The notes under the pieces were generated by a model. The model was given only the letters and a program-made list of their open reading frames with translations, was not told the origin of the DNA and did no database searches. Of a DNA stretch of 64,000 bases, positions 18,134 through 27,861 are shown piece by piece. A program made the position numbers and the translations under genes. Source of the DNA: Bacteroidota bacterium (GTDB lineage: Bacteria > Bacteroidota > Ignavibacteria > UBA10030 > UBA8401); the NCBI GenBank assembly GCA_049317705.1, contig JBMOHT010000001.1:1267-65266 (forward strand). Reading direction: 5' to 3'. Positions within the stretch are counted from its first letter, which is position 1. The number at the start of each line of letters is the position of its first letter.

Positions 18134-20248
18134 TCACTTTCCTGTCGCTTTAATATCCGTACCCAATCTCTGAAGGTATGCGATCAATGCAATGATCTCT
18201 TTGTTCGGTTCCGCAGGAACTTTGTTCCTCTGCAGGTCCGCGGAGATCGAATCAGCCTGTTGGATCAGGATATTGTTTGCGATCAGATCATATCCTTTCG
18301 GATACGGGACACCAAGAGTCTGCATTGCGCGGATCTTCGGGGCAGTCGATGATGTATCGAGGTCCTGTGTCAACAGCCATGAATAATTCGGCATGATGGA
18401 ACCGGGAGACATCGTCCTCGGATTATCCATATGGAGATAGTGCCAGAGATTCGGATATTTGCCGCCAACCCTGTGAAGATCCGGTCCGGTACGGCGTGAG
18501 CCCCACAGGAACGGATGATCATACACGAATTCACCGGCTTTGGAGTATTCGCCGTATCGTTCTGTTTCGGAACGGAATGGACGGACCATCTGCGAATGAC
18601 ATGCATTGCAGCCTTCGCGGATATAGAGGTCCCTTCCCTGCAGTTCCAACGGAGTATATGGTTTTACACTCGCGATGGTCGGGATATTCGATTTTACCAG
18701 GAAGGTCGGGATCATTTCCACCATACCGCCGATGAGGATGGCCACTGCGGCGAGAAGAGCAAATTGCACGGGACGTTTTTCGAGGATACGGTGTTTGGTA
18801 TCGGTCGGGTTTGCGACATCCTTTGCCAGAGCCGGTGCCTCTGCCTCTTCATTCGCGAGGAACGAACCTTGTTTGATGGTCTTGACTAGATTGTAGATCA
18901 TCACCAATGTGCCGGTGAGGAACAATGTTCCGCCGACGGCGCGGATCATGTGCAGCGGAATGATCTGCAGTGTGGTTTCAAGGAAGTTCGGATATTGGAG
19001 AACACCCATTCCATTGAACTGTTTCCACATCAGGGACTGTGTAAGACCGGCAACATACATCGAGGCCGCATAGAACACGATTCCCAGTGTGCCGATCCAG
19101 AAATGGAAGCTTGCCAGTTTTTTTGAATACAGGTCCGTGCGATAGAGTTTCGGAACAAGCCAATATAAAATTCCGAATGTCATAAAGCCGTTCCAGCCGA
19201 GTGCACCGATATGAACGTGTGCAACGATCCAGTCCGTATAGTGAGCAAGTGCGTTCACATTCTTCAGTGACAACATCGGTCCTTCGAATGTTGCCATACC
19301 GTATGCTGTTACGCCAACCACCATGAACTTCAAGACGGGCTCTTCACGCACTTTATCCCATGCACCGCGAAGTGTCAGCAGTCCGTTGATCATACCGCCC
19401 CATGACGGTGCGATCAGCATAATGGAGAAGACCGTTCCGAGTGACTGCGCCCAATCCGGCAGAGCGGTATAGAGCAAATGATGCGGTCCCGCCCAAATGT
19501 ATAAAAAGATCAACGACCAAAAGTGCACGATCGAAAGTCGATAGGAATATACCGGTCGATTCGCTGCTTTCGGCAGGAAGTAGTACATCAGTCCGAGATA
19601 CGGTGTTGTCAGGAAGAATGCTACAGCATTATGACCATACCACCATTGCACCAATGCATCCTGCACACCGGCGTAGAGTGAATAACTTTTCAATAGAGAG
19701 ACGGGAACTTCAAGTGAGTTCACAATATGAAGGACAGCGATCGTCACCAGTGTTGCAATATAGAACCAGATGGCAACATACATGTGACGTTCGCGACGTT
19801 TGATGATGGTCCCGAAGAAGTTGATGGCGAACACCACCCAAATGAGTGTGATGGCGATATCGATGGGCCATTCGAGTTCCGCATATTCCTTACTGGTAGT
19901 GATACCGAGCGGCAATGACACAGCGGCCGCCAGAATGATCAGCTGCCAACCCCAGAAATGGATACGGCTCAGGACATCGCTGAACATGCGTGCTTTGCAA
20001 AGACGCTGAAGCGAGTAATACACGCCCATGAAGATCGCATTGCCGACGAACGCAAAGATGATCGCGTTGGTATGCAGAGGACGGATTCGGCCATAGGTGA
20101 TATACTGCAGATTGGCATTCAATGCGGGAGAGAACAATTGCGTTGCAATGATCACTCCAACAAGCATACCGACAACTGCAAAGATGACCGATGCGATACC
20201 GAAATCGCGCACGATCCTGTTGTCATATTGGAACTTTTGAACTTCCAT
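18134..20248 (-). CDS. ccoNO: Fused cbb3-type cytochrome c oxidase subunits I and II (CcoN-CcoO)
   Basis: 704 aa. Haem-copper oxidase core (HFWSLIFLYIWAGPHH, HVHIGALGW) plus a C-terminal CcoO module with CNACHSQMVRPF. Confidence 0.95.
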   Translation of the reverse strand: MEVQKFQYDNRIVRDFGIASVIFAVVGMLVGVIIATQLFSPALNANLQYITYGRIRPLHTNAIIFAFVGNAIFMGVYYSLQRLCKARMFSDVLSRIHFWGWQLIILAAAVSLPLGITTSKEYAELEWPIDIAITLIWVVFAINFFGTIIKRRERHMYVAIWFYIATLVTIAVLHIVNSLEVPVSLLKSYSLYAGVQDALVQWWYGHNAVAFFLTTPYLGLMYYFLPKAANRPVYSYRLSIVHFWSLIFLYIWAGPHHLLYTALPDWAQSLGTVFSIMLIAPSWGGMINGLLTLRGAWDKVREEPVLKFMVVGVTAYGMATFEGPMLSLKNVNALAHYTDWIVAHVHIGALGWNGFMTFGILYWLVPKLYRTDLYSKKLASFHFWIGTLGIVFYAASMYVAGLTQSLMWKQFNGMGVLQYPNFLETTLQIIPLHMIRAVGGTLFLTGTLVMIYNLVKTIKQGSFLANEEAEAPALAKDVANPTDTKHRILEKRPVQFALLAAVAILIGGMVEMIPTFLVKSNIPTIASVKPYTPLELQGRDLYIREGCNACHSQMVRPFRSETERYGEYSKAGEFVYDHPFLWGSRRTGPDLHRVGGKYPNLWHYLHMDNPRTMSPGSIMPNYSWLLTQDLDTSSTAPKIRAMQTLGVPYPKGYDLIANNILIQQADSISADLQRNKVPAEPNKEIIALIAYLQRLGTDIKATGK

Positions 20249-20275
20249 TGAAACCTCGTGAATTAATGGTGGGTT

Positions 20276-20434
20276 TTAGATTGTAGTATTTTTGTTATTG
20301 TCTTCGAACAGTATCCGTACTGAAGGAGTATATTTGTCATCATACTGCCCGGAACGGACCATCCAGATGAATGCCGCGAGAAAACCGACGGCAATAATGA
20401 AACTGAAACCGATCAGAACTGCGATCACTGCCAT
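20276..20434 (-). CDS. ccoS: cbb3 oxidase maturation protein CcoS/FixS (not in ORF track, 52 aa)
   Basis: My own reading gives MAVIAVLIGFSFIIAVGFLAAFIWMVRSGQYDDKYTPSVRILFEDNNKNTTI. The ATG at 20434 overlaps the ccoI stop by 10 nt and the stop codon is at 20276-20278. The WxxxSGQYDD motif is typical of CcoS. Confidence 0.8.
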   Translation of the reverse strand: MAVIAVLIGFSFIIAVGFLAAFIWMVRSGQYDDKYTPSVRILFEDNNKNTTI

Positions 20435-22863
20435 GAGTAGAGCCCCTTCTTCTTCGCGAACAACTGTGTTGCGATCGTTGTGAACAGCACGATCGTTATG
20501 GAGCTTGCCGGCATCAGGATCGCCGCTTTGATGGGGGTCAATATTCCCTGCAGAGCGAAATAGATACCGACGGAATTATACATGAATGCCAAAATGAAAC
20601 TTGCGATGACAATGTTCATACTCGTCCTGGCAAACGAGAAGAACCGGGGCAGCATTTTAAATGCAGCGCCGTTCAATATTGCATCCGATGAGGGGGAGAA
20701 TTGAGAGACATTCTCCGTCACCGCTATTCCAAGATCGCTCATCATCAATGCGCCTGCATCATTGAGTCCGTCACCGATCATCATCACACGTTTTCCTTCC
20801 GCCTTCAGTGACTTCACATATTCCAGCTTATCGGACGGCGATTGATTGAACCGCAACTCCGTCCCTTGCGGGAACATACTCTGCAGCCGGATCCGTTCGG
20901 ATTCGTTATCACCGGACACGACTGCGAACGAGACCTTCTTTTTCATGGTTGACAGTATTTCAGCCAAGCCATCACGATAGATATTTTTAATGGAAAAATA
21001 CCCCTTCACTTCCCCGTTGACCGATACATAGGACCGGGTCTCATTCACTGTCCCTTTCGGAAGATGACCGCCGCCGACAAATTCCCGTCCGCCGATCATA
21101 TACTGAATCCCATTGACCTTTCCCGAAACTCCTTTACTTACCAGTTCGCTGAATCCGTCGATCGGCAACTTCTCTGATGAAAGATGCTCAGCGATCATCA
21201 CACTCACGGGATGGATTGAACTGGAAACGACAGAGAATACACCCGCACATTCTTCTTGAGACAATTCCGGACCAACAAATTCGACCGTTGAACGCTGAGC
21301 ATACGTGATCGTCCCGGTCTTATCGAAGACGACCGTATCGATCCGTGACAGCAGTTCGATGACCGCAGTATTCTTCAGAAAGAAATCATTCTTCCCGAAG
21401 ATGCGCATCGTTGTGCCGAGAGCGAACGGGATCGAGATCGCCAGCGCACAGGGACACGCAATGATCAGGATTCCGGTGAATGCATTGATCGCAGTCGTTG
21501 TATCTTTCGGCAGCCAATACATAAGTACGACAACCGACACGGCAAGAACAACGATCGTAAAATATTTGCTGACCGAATTGGAAAGTTCGGAGAGCTGTCC
21601 CTGCTCGCGTGACGCATGGTTAAAATTGTTCCAAAGCTGTGTAAGATAACTTTGCGAGACCTCTTTCATCACTTCCAGTTCGATCACTCCGCCTGCTTGT
21701 TTCCCGCCGGCGTAGATCATTTCACCGAGAACTTTTTCGACCGGTGTGGATTCTCCCGTCACGAAAGAATAGTCGATCGCCGCATTTCCCTGCAGAAGAA
21801 TTGCATCCGCCGGAATGATCTCTCCGTGACGGATCACGATCCGGTTTCCGCGTTTCAACGAAGCGATCGGTATCGTTGTCTCAACACCGTTCTTTTTGGT
21901 CATCACGGAGATCGGGAAATATGATTTGTAATTCCGCTCGAAATTCAGACGGTCATATGTTTTGCTCTGGAATACTTTCCCAAGCAGCAGGAAGAACAAC
22001 AGACCGCAGAGTGAATCGATAAATCCGGGTCCCGTCGCTGAAATGATCTCATAGGCACTCCGGACGAACAACAGGAATATGCCGAGTGCGATCGGTACAT
22101 CGATGTTGACGATCTTCTTTTTGAGTCCATTGTACGCCGATGTGAAGAATCCTTCACTGCAATACAGGAAGACCGGTATACCGAGAAGAAGATTCAAATA
22201 GGAAAATATCGGACGGAGGAACTGTTCACTGGCATCAACACCAAGGTAATCCGGAAAACTGAAGAGCATGGAATTCCCGAAACAAAATCCTGCAACTCCG
22301 ATCTTGTAATACAATGATCTGGTGATATTACTTACAGGATTATGGTCAATGGAGTCAAGCCGCAGATCCGGTTCGTAGCCGATGGAAGTAAGGAGGATAA
22401 CGATATTCTTGAGTGAAGTCTTTTGCTGCCGGAATGTAACAGAGACCTGTTTCTTCAGATAATCGACCCGCGAGCTGGCGATACCTTGATCCAGTTTATA
22501 CAGCTGTTCTAGAAGCCAGATGCATGAACTGCAGTGAACTGCGGGAAGTGAGAAGGTAACTGTGGCAGTTGTTCCGTCGGAAAAATTGAGAAGCTGTTTT
22601 TGGATGTTCTCGTCATCAAGATAAGCGAACCGTGATACTTCGATCTGAGACGGTGAGATGCCGGGAGCGTTTTGAATGGAGTAATAATTGCAGAGGTCAT
22701 TCTGCTGTAAGATCTCGAATACGATCTTACAGCCTGAACAACAAAAAAGCTTTCCTTCATGCTCAACTCGTTCGCCGCGGATCGCGTCTCCACAATGATA
22801 GCACGAGGTCGTTATGTCGGAAGCAGCAGGGGTTTTCTCCATAATCCGAACAATAATTGACAA
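20425..22863 (-). CDS. ccoI: Copper-translocating P1B-type ATPase CcoI/FixI
   Basis: 812 aa. N-terminal Cys cluster CYHCGD...CCSGCK, a CPC transport motif (IIACPCALAIS), DKTGT and GDGLNDAG. Confidence 0.9.
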   Translation of the reverse strand: MSIIVRIMEKTPAASDITTSCYHCGDAIRGERVEHEGKLFCCSGCKIVFEILQQNDLCNYYSIQNAPGISPSQIEVSRFAYLDDENIQKQLLNFSDGTTATVTFSLPAVHCSSCIWLLEQLYKLDQGIASSRVDYLKKQVSVTFRQQKTSLKNIVILLTSIGYEPDLRLDSIDHNPVSNITRSLYYKIGVAGFCFGNSMLFSFPDYLGVDASEQFLRPIFSYLNLLLGIPVFLYCSEGFFTSAYNGLKKKIVNIDVPIALGIFLLFVRSAYEIISATGPGFIDSLCGLLFFLLLGKVFQSKTYDRLNFERNYKSYFPISVMTKKNGVETTIPIASLKRGNRIVIRHGEIIPADAILLQGNAAIDYSFVTGESTPVEKVLGEMIYAGGKQAGGVIELEVMKEVSQSYLTQLWNNFNHASREQGQLSELSNSVSKYFTIVVLAVSVVVLMYWLPKDTTTAINAFTGILIIACPCALAISIPFALGTTMRIFGKNDFFLKNTAVIELLSRIDTVVFDKTGTITYAQRSTVEFVGPELSQEECAGVFSVVSSSIHPVSVMIAEHLSSEKLPIDGFSELVSKGVSGKVNGIQYMIGGREFVGGGHLPKGTVNETRSYVSVNGEVKGYFSIKNIYRDGLAEILSTMKKKVSFAVVSGDNESERIRLQSMFPQGTELRFNQSPSDKLEYVKSLKAEGKRVMMIGDGLNDAGALMMSDLGIAVTENVSQFSPSSDAILNGAAFKMLPRFFSFARTSMNIVIASFILAFMYNSVGIYFALQGILTPIKAAILMPASSITIVLFTTIATQLFAKKKGLYSWQ

Positions 22864-22983
22864 CTATAGTGCCAAAAACCCCAAATATTTATGGGTTATT
22901 TAGGCAATTTGGCGTTGCTGTACCGCGATTTTTTGCAAATATGAAATCAGATTTGAAAGTCTTCTTATTATTAGGAAAGCAGA

Positions 22984-23820
22984 TCAATACAAATCAATTG
23001 CAGGAACATTTGGAATAATTCCTTTTTCATTTCCCAATTTGAAGAGAAGCTCGAGCGCTTCTTTACCCTTCGGACCCATATCGATCGTCAATTCACTCAC
23101 ATACATTTTCACGAATTTCTCGCCGAGTGCGTAATCAATTCCACGTCCCCACTTCATCGCATACGGAACAGATTCCGCCTGATGGGTGTATCCGTAATGG
23201 ATGCTCTCTTTCAATCCTTTCGATAATTTACGCGCCATCTCTTCACCCAGGTCCTTGCGTACAACATCAAGACCTAACGGAAGCGGCAAACCTTTCGCAT
23301 ATTCATTCCAGAACTCACCGAAATCAAGAATCTTATTGAATCCTTCTGCTTGATAGGTCAACTGTCCTTCATGGATCAACAGACCGGCATCGAACTCTCC
23401 GCTGTTCACACGGTCCATGATCTGATCGAACGGAACATCAACATTCGTGATCCCTTCAGTGAAGATCTTGAAGAGCAGTGTTGCCGTTGTCAGTTTTCCC
23501 GGTGTCGCGACGGTCTTCCCTTTTAATTCTTCGAGGGATTTGTATTTCTTTGACACGATCACAGGACCGTATCCTTCCCCCATACTTGCACCGGTCACCA
23601 TGATCCAATACTTGTCCGCAACATACGGGAATGTATGTGCAGAGATCGCCGTCACTTCGAGCTCACCATTCATGGCACGGACATTCAGGGACTGGATATC
23701 CTCGAGCATATGCTCGATCTTGATCCCTTCCAGTTTCACTTTTTCACTGGCAAGTCCATAGAACATAAAAGCATCATCAGGATCTGGGCTGTGTCCAACT
23801 TTCACTACGCGTTCTGTCAT
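22984..23820 (-). CDS. MqnA/MqnD-family menaquinone (futalosine-route) biosynthesis protein, MqnD-like
   Basis: 278 aa. The N-terminus VGHSPDPDDAFMFYGL resembles the MqnD HSPCPND motif. Overlaps ubiE by 4 nt. Confidence 0.6.
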   Translation of the reverse strand: MTERVVKVGHSPDPDDAFMFYGLASEKVKLEGIKIEHMLEDIQSLNVRAMNGELEVTAISAHTFPYVADKYWIMVTGASMGEGYGPVIVSKKYKSLEELKGKTVATPGKLTTATLLFKIFTEGITNVDVPFDQIMDRVNSGEFDAGLLIHEGQLTYQAEGFNKILDFGEFWNEYAKGLPLPLGLDVVRKDLGEEMARKLSKGLKESIHYGYTHQAESVPYAMKWGRGIDYALGEKFVKMYVSELTIDMGPKGKEALELLFKLGNEKGIIPNVPAIDLY

Positions 23821-24512
23821 GTGTTCTTTACTCCGGTATAAATGGTGGCAATGCCGAATGTGAGGCGCTGTTCTTCCAGTGAAGAGAATCCTGCCGTACG
23901 AAGACGGTCAAGAAAATCATTCCCTTCAGGGAATTTCATCACTGTATCGGGAAGATACTGATATGCTTCCCGATCCTTTGAGATCATGCTGCCGACAAAC
24001 GGCAGGATGTGTTTAAAATATAGGAAATAGAGCTGTTTCAATGGGAAAACCCGAGGCCGTGAGAACTCGAGCACAACGATCTTTCCGCCTGTCCGCAGGA
24101 CTCGGTTCATTTCTGAAAGACCTTTATCGAGAAATTCAAAATTACGCGCACCGAAGGCAACGATCGCTGCATCGAATTGACCGTCTGAGAACCTCAACGC
24201 TTCAGCTTCTCCCGATTCCAGACGGATCTTGTTCGTAAGATTTTTTTGGACGATCTTCTTCCTGCCGACCTCAAGCATGGATTCCGAGATATCGACACCG
24301 ATCACTTCATCGGGCGCAAGGCGAAGGGTCGCAAGGGCGAAATCCGCTGTCCCCGTAGCAACATCGAGGATCCTTTTCGGACGCAGTTCAGTAAGTTTTT
24401 GAACAGCGGCACGGCGCCAATAGAGGTCCACCCCGCCGCTCAGCAAATGATTCAGCAGGTCATATCTATAGGCGATCTTATCGAACAAGGAGCGGACGTA
24501 TTCTTTTTCCAT
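23817..24512 (-). CDS. ubiE: Demethylmenaquinone methyltransferase UbiE/MenG
   Basis: 231 aa. Contains FDKIAYRYDLLNHLLSGGVDLYWRR and the SAM motif ILDVATGTADF. Confidence 0.9.
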   Translation of the reverse strand: MEKEYVRSLFDKIAYRYDLLNHLLSGGVDLYWRRAAVQKLTELRPKRILDVATGTADFALATLRLAPDEVIGVDISESMLEVGRKKIVQKNLTNKIRLESGEAEALRFSDGQFDAAIVAFGARNFEFLDKGLSEMNRVLRTGGKIVVLEFSRPRVFPLKQLYFLYFKHILPFVGSMISKDREAYQYLPDTVMKFPEGNDFLDRLRTAGFSSLEEQRLTFGIATIYTGVKNT

Positions 24513-24585
24513 AGCGGGATAATATACGAAATCTTTGCTATTTGCGGAACGATAAATTGGTCCCGGATGAAACTACTATGCCGGT

Positions 24586-24616
24586 ATGAAAACGAAGTGA
24601 AACCTTTTTTCACTTA
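24586..24616 (-). terminator. Possible weak terminator overlapping the arfB stop
   Basis: On the minus strand AGTGAAA-aaagg-TTTCACT is followed by TCGTTTTC. The stem is AT-rich. Confidence 0.35.
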
Positions 24617-25048
24617 TTGATCATGGCTTTGGTCGAATCGTTTTCTGCGCAGTTGCTTCTTTACTCCGGCTTTCTTCTTCGATTCAACACGAACGATCTT
24701 TGATGAGCGGGACGGCTTTGTCGCAACGCGGTATGGATCCTGTTTTGAAGCAGCTTCGATCAATACAGTCAGTTTTTCGACCGCACTCTGCTTGTTCTGC
24801 CATTGACTCCTTGATTCCTGTGAGACAATGCGGAGTAATCCCTCTGAATCCAGTTTGTTCTGCATCCGCGACATGATCAGCAGCAGCAGCCGTTCGCTTG
24901 CACGGATCTTTGACGCATCGAGGAGCAATTCAACTCTCGTTGAGACCTTATTTACATTCTGCCCCCCTTTCCCCCCGCTGCGTGTGTACCGGAAACTCAC
25001 TGCTGAAGAAGGAATGGTGATACGGCCGTTGATGATAATGTCATCCAT
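24614..25048 (-). CDS. arfB: Alternative ribosome-rescue factor ArfB (peptidyl-tRNA hydrolase, GGQ)
   Basis: Contains RSGGKGGQNVNKVSTRVEL and a basic C-terminal tail. I chose the start at Met52 of the tracked ORF (MDDIIINGR) because the longer ORF overlaps the upstream SDR gene. Confidence 0.85.
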   Translation of the reverse strand: MDDIIINGRITIPSSAVSFRYTRSGGKGGQNVNKVSTRVELLLDASKIRASERLLLLIMSRMQNKLDSEGLLRIVSQESRSQWQNKQSAVEKLTVLIEAASKQDPYRVATKPSRSSKIVRVESKKKAGVKKQLRRKRFDQSHDQ

Positions 25049-25106
25049 AAATAACAATACCGCCGGTGACCGGCGGTATTCGTTGTGATAAATTATTTTG
25101 CATCCG

Positions 25107-25940
25107 TTACTTTGACATTGTCTGATTGCCAACGAATTCAACGATATCTTCGCCGCCGTCCACACCAATGGTGTTTCCGGAGATGAAGAACGCATCATCA
25201 TGCGACAGCAATGCGATCGCTTTTGCGACAGCTTCGGGGGTGGTCAGTTTCATTGCAGGATTCTTTGACAGAGCAAGATCGATCATCTTTTTTGCACCGG
25301 GAATCTTCGCCAGAGCAGCTGTTTCAGTGACACCGGCCATGATCGCATTTGCCGTGATGCCGAGCGGTCCGAGTTCAAGCGATAATTGACGGATGTACGA
25401 TTCGGACGCTGCCTTTGCGGCAGAGACAGCACCGTAATCCGGAAACTGTGTGTGACCGCCGGAACTTGTCATGGTATAGATCCTGCTGCCTTCTTTCAAT
25501 AAGCCGGCATTGAATGCACTTTGTGTCCAATATACAAGCGCATTTGCCATCACATCCATCGTCATTTCGATCTGAGCCTGGGTCAACTGATTTTTGGGAT
25601 CGCGTGAAACGAACGGTTTCAACGAACCGAATGCGAGTGAATGCATGAGGACCTTAACACGTCCGTCCGCAGGGACATTTTGCGTCAATGAATCGATCAC
25701 TTCTTTACGTTTTTCGGCATCCGAAGCATTCACATTGAAGAACAGCGTCTTTACACCGAGAGCTTCACAGTCTGCCTTAACTTTTTCCGCGTTCGGAATG
25801 GTTGCAGCGCGGTCGAAATGGACGCCGCAGATGTTCATTCCATGACGGGCCAGTTCAACAGCAGTAGCACCGCCGAAACCGCTCGATGCTCCGAGAATCA
25901 ATGCCCAATCAGTATTTTTGAAGCGATAATCAGTTGCCAC
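25107..25940 (-). CDS. SDR-family oxidoreductase (possibly an enoyl-ACP-reductase-like member)
   Basis: 277 aa. Contains ILGASSGFGGA and the catalytic YGAVSAAK. GTG start. Confidence 0.65.
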   Translation of the reverse strand: MATDYRFKNTDWALILGASSGFGGATAVELARHGMNICGVHFDRAATIPNAEKVKADCEALGVKTLFFNVNASDAEKRKEVIDSLTQNVPADGRVKVLMHSLAFGSLKPFVSRDPKNQLTQAQIEMTMDVMANALVYWTQSAFNAGLLKEGSRIYTMTSSGGHTQFPDYGAVSAAKAASESYIRQLSLELGPLGITANAIMAGVTETAALAKIPGAKKMIDLALSKNPAMKLTTPEAVAKAIALLSHDDAFFISGNTIGVDGGEDIVEFVGNQTMSK

Positions 25941-26017
25941 GATGGATTTTTCCTTCAGTATTGTTGTATAATCGGTCTAAAAATACAAAGTTTTAACGCT
26001 TGAAACAACATATTCTG

Positions 26018-27853
26018 TTATTCCACGGTAACACTTTTTGCAAGATTCCTCGGCTGATCCACATTACATCCCCGTTTCACGGCGATAAAATAAGCCAATA
26101 ATTGCAGCGGAATCACATTGACGATCGGCGAAAGCAGGTCTATCGTCTGCGGTACTTTGATGATATGGTCTGCCAGGGAGACAAGTTGAGGATCATCATC
26201 ATTCGCGATGGCGATCACTTTCCCTTTCCGGGCCTTCACTTCCTGGATGTTCGAAAGGATCTTATCATACGTACTGTCCTTTGGTGCGATCACCACAACA
26301 GGCATATTCTCATCGATCAGAGCGATTGGACCATGTTTCATTTCGGCGGCAGGATATCCTTCTGCGTGGATATAGGATATCTCCTTCAATTTCAGGGCCC
26401 CTTCGAGAGCCACCGGGAAGTTCAGTCCGCGGCCGAGATACAGGAAATTATTCGCTCCTTTGAACTCTTCAGCGATCGCTTCGATATTCTCGGTCGACTT
26501 CAGTATCTGCTGGATCTTGTTCGGAAGGTCCAACATCTCTTTGCACATGATCGCTGCCGTCTCATCCGAAATGGAATGACGCTGACGCGAGATCAGCAGA
26601 GTAATGAGCGAAAGCACCACGAGCTGAGATGTAAACGCTTTCGTCGATGCGACACCGATCTCCGGTCCGGCATGGATATACACACCACCCTGACTCTCTC
26701 GTGCGATCGTACTGCCGACCACATTACAAACCCCGAGGACCGATGCTCCCTTCTTTTTTGCTTCTCGCAGCGCTGCAAGAGTGTCCGCGGTCTCACCGCT
26801 CTGACTCACTAGGAACAGAAGATCATTCGGCTTGATGATAGGGTTGCGATACCGGAATTCGGATGCATACTCAACTTCCACCGGGACTTTTGCATACTGC
26901 TCCAGCATATATTCGCCGACGAGTCCGGCATGCCACGACGTTCCGCAGGCGGTGATGATGATGCGCTGTGCATTCTCCAGAAGAAGCATCACATCGCTCA
27001 ATCCGCTCAGTTTCGCATTCCCTTCATCCAGCAGTACGCGTCCCCGCATAGAATTCCGTATGGTCTCGGGCTGCTCCATGATCTCTTTCAGCATGAAATG
27101 ATCATAGCCGCCTTTTTCGATCTCTTCAATGTCGAACGTAACCTCGTGTACCTGTTTCACTTTTTCGATATTATCGATCGTCTTTGTTTCAAAACTTTCG
27201 GATGTGAGGACAGCGATCTCGCCGTCCTCAAGATATACGACCTGACGGGTGTAGGGAATGATAGCGGCGGCATCCGAAGCGATGAAGTGTTCGTGGTCAC
27301 CCACACCGATGATGAGCGGACTCCCTTTGCGGGCAGCGATCACTTTATCCGGTTCCTGCATGGAGATAACGGCGATACCGTACGTTCCTTCAACTTGGCG
27401 AAGGGCAAGTCGAACGGCAGTTTCAAGATCACCGCTGACCTTTTTCATTTCCTGTATTAGATGGACCAACGCTTCAGTATCCGTTGCGGATTTGAACACA
27501 TAGCCGAGTTTTTCCAATTTGGTCTTGATGGAAAGATAGTTCTCGATGATACCGTTGTGGATCATCGCGATCGTTCCGTCGTGACTCACATGAGGATGGG
27601 AATTGATATCGCTTGGCTCTCCATGCGTTGCCCAGCGCGTATGACCGATTCCGATCGTCCCCTGATAGTCACCTGCCGGTGCATATTTCTCAAGTTCCGA
27701 GACCTTCCCGACCTTTTTCCGGACAAGCAGTTTTTTATCGCGCAGTATCGCTACACCGGCGGAATCATATCCACGGTATTCCAAACGTTTTAGTCCGTCG
27801 ATGAGCATTGGCAATGCATTTTTACCGCCGATATATCCTACAATTCCGCACAT
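26018..27853 (-). CDS. glmS: Glutamine--fructose-6-phosphate aminotransferase GlmS
   Basis: 611 aa. N-terminal nucleophile MCGIVGY, two SIS domains, and a C-terminal KSVTVE. Confidence 0.97.
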   Translation of the reverse strand: MCGIVGYIGGKNALPMLIDGLKRLEYRGYDSAGVAILRDKKLLVRKKVGKVSELEKYAPAGDYQGTIGIGHTRWATHGEPSDINSHPHVSHDGTIAMIHNGIIENYLSIKTKLEKLGYVFKSATDTEALVHLIQEMKKVSGDLETAVRLALRQVEGTYGIAVISMQEPDKVIAARKGSPLIIGVGDHEHFIASDAAAIIPYTRQVVYLEDGEIAVLTSESFETKTIDNIEKVKQVHEVTFDIEEIEKGGYDHFMLKEIMEQPETIRNSMRGRVLLDEGNAKLSGLSDVMLLLENAQRIIITACGTSWHAGLVGEYMLEQYAKVPVEVEYASEFRYRNPIIKPNDLLFLVSQSGETADTLAALREAKKKGASVLGVCNVVGSTIARESQGGVYIHAGPEIGVASTKAFTSQLVVLSLITLLISRQRHSISDETAAIMCKEMLDLPNKIQQILKSTENIEAIAEEFKGANNFLYLGRGLNFPVALEGALKLKEISYIHAEGYPAAEMKHGPIALIDENMPVVVIAPKDSTYDKILSNIQEVKARKGKVIAIANDDDPQLVSLADHIIKVPQTIDLLSPIVNVIPLQLLAYFIAVKRGCNVDQPRNLAKSVTVE

Positions 27854-27861
27854 AAATTTCC

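Noticed and set aside
20292-20483. A 63-aa plus-strand ORF between ccoNO and ccoI.
   Set aside because: It is antisense to the ccoS reading frame and to the ccoI 3-prime end, and it has no supporting motif.
25049-25201. A 51-codon N-terminal extension of the arfB ORF (tracked as 195 aa).
   Set aside because: The extension overlaps the 3-prime end of the upstream SDR gene and is not ArfB-like. Met52 gives a normal-length GGQ protein of about 144 aa.
27854-27861. The possibility of a glmS ribozyme upstream of glmS.
   Set aside because: Only 8 nt separate pgeF and glmS, which leaves no room for the ribozyme of roughly 170 nt.
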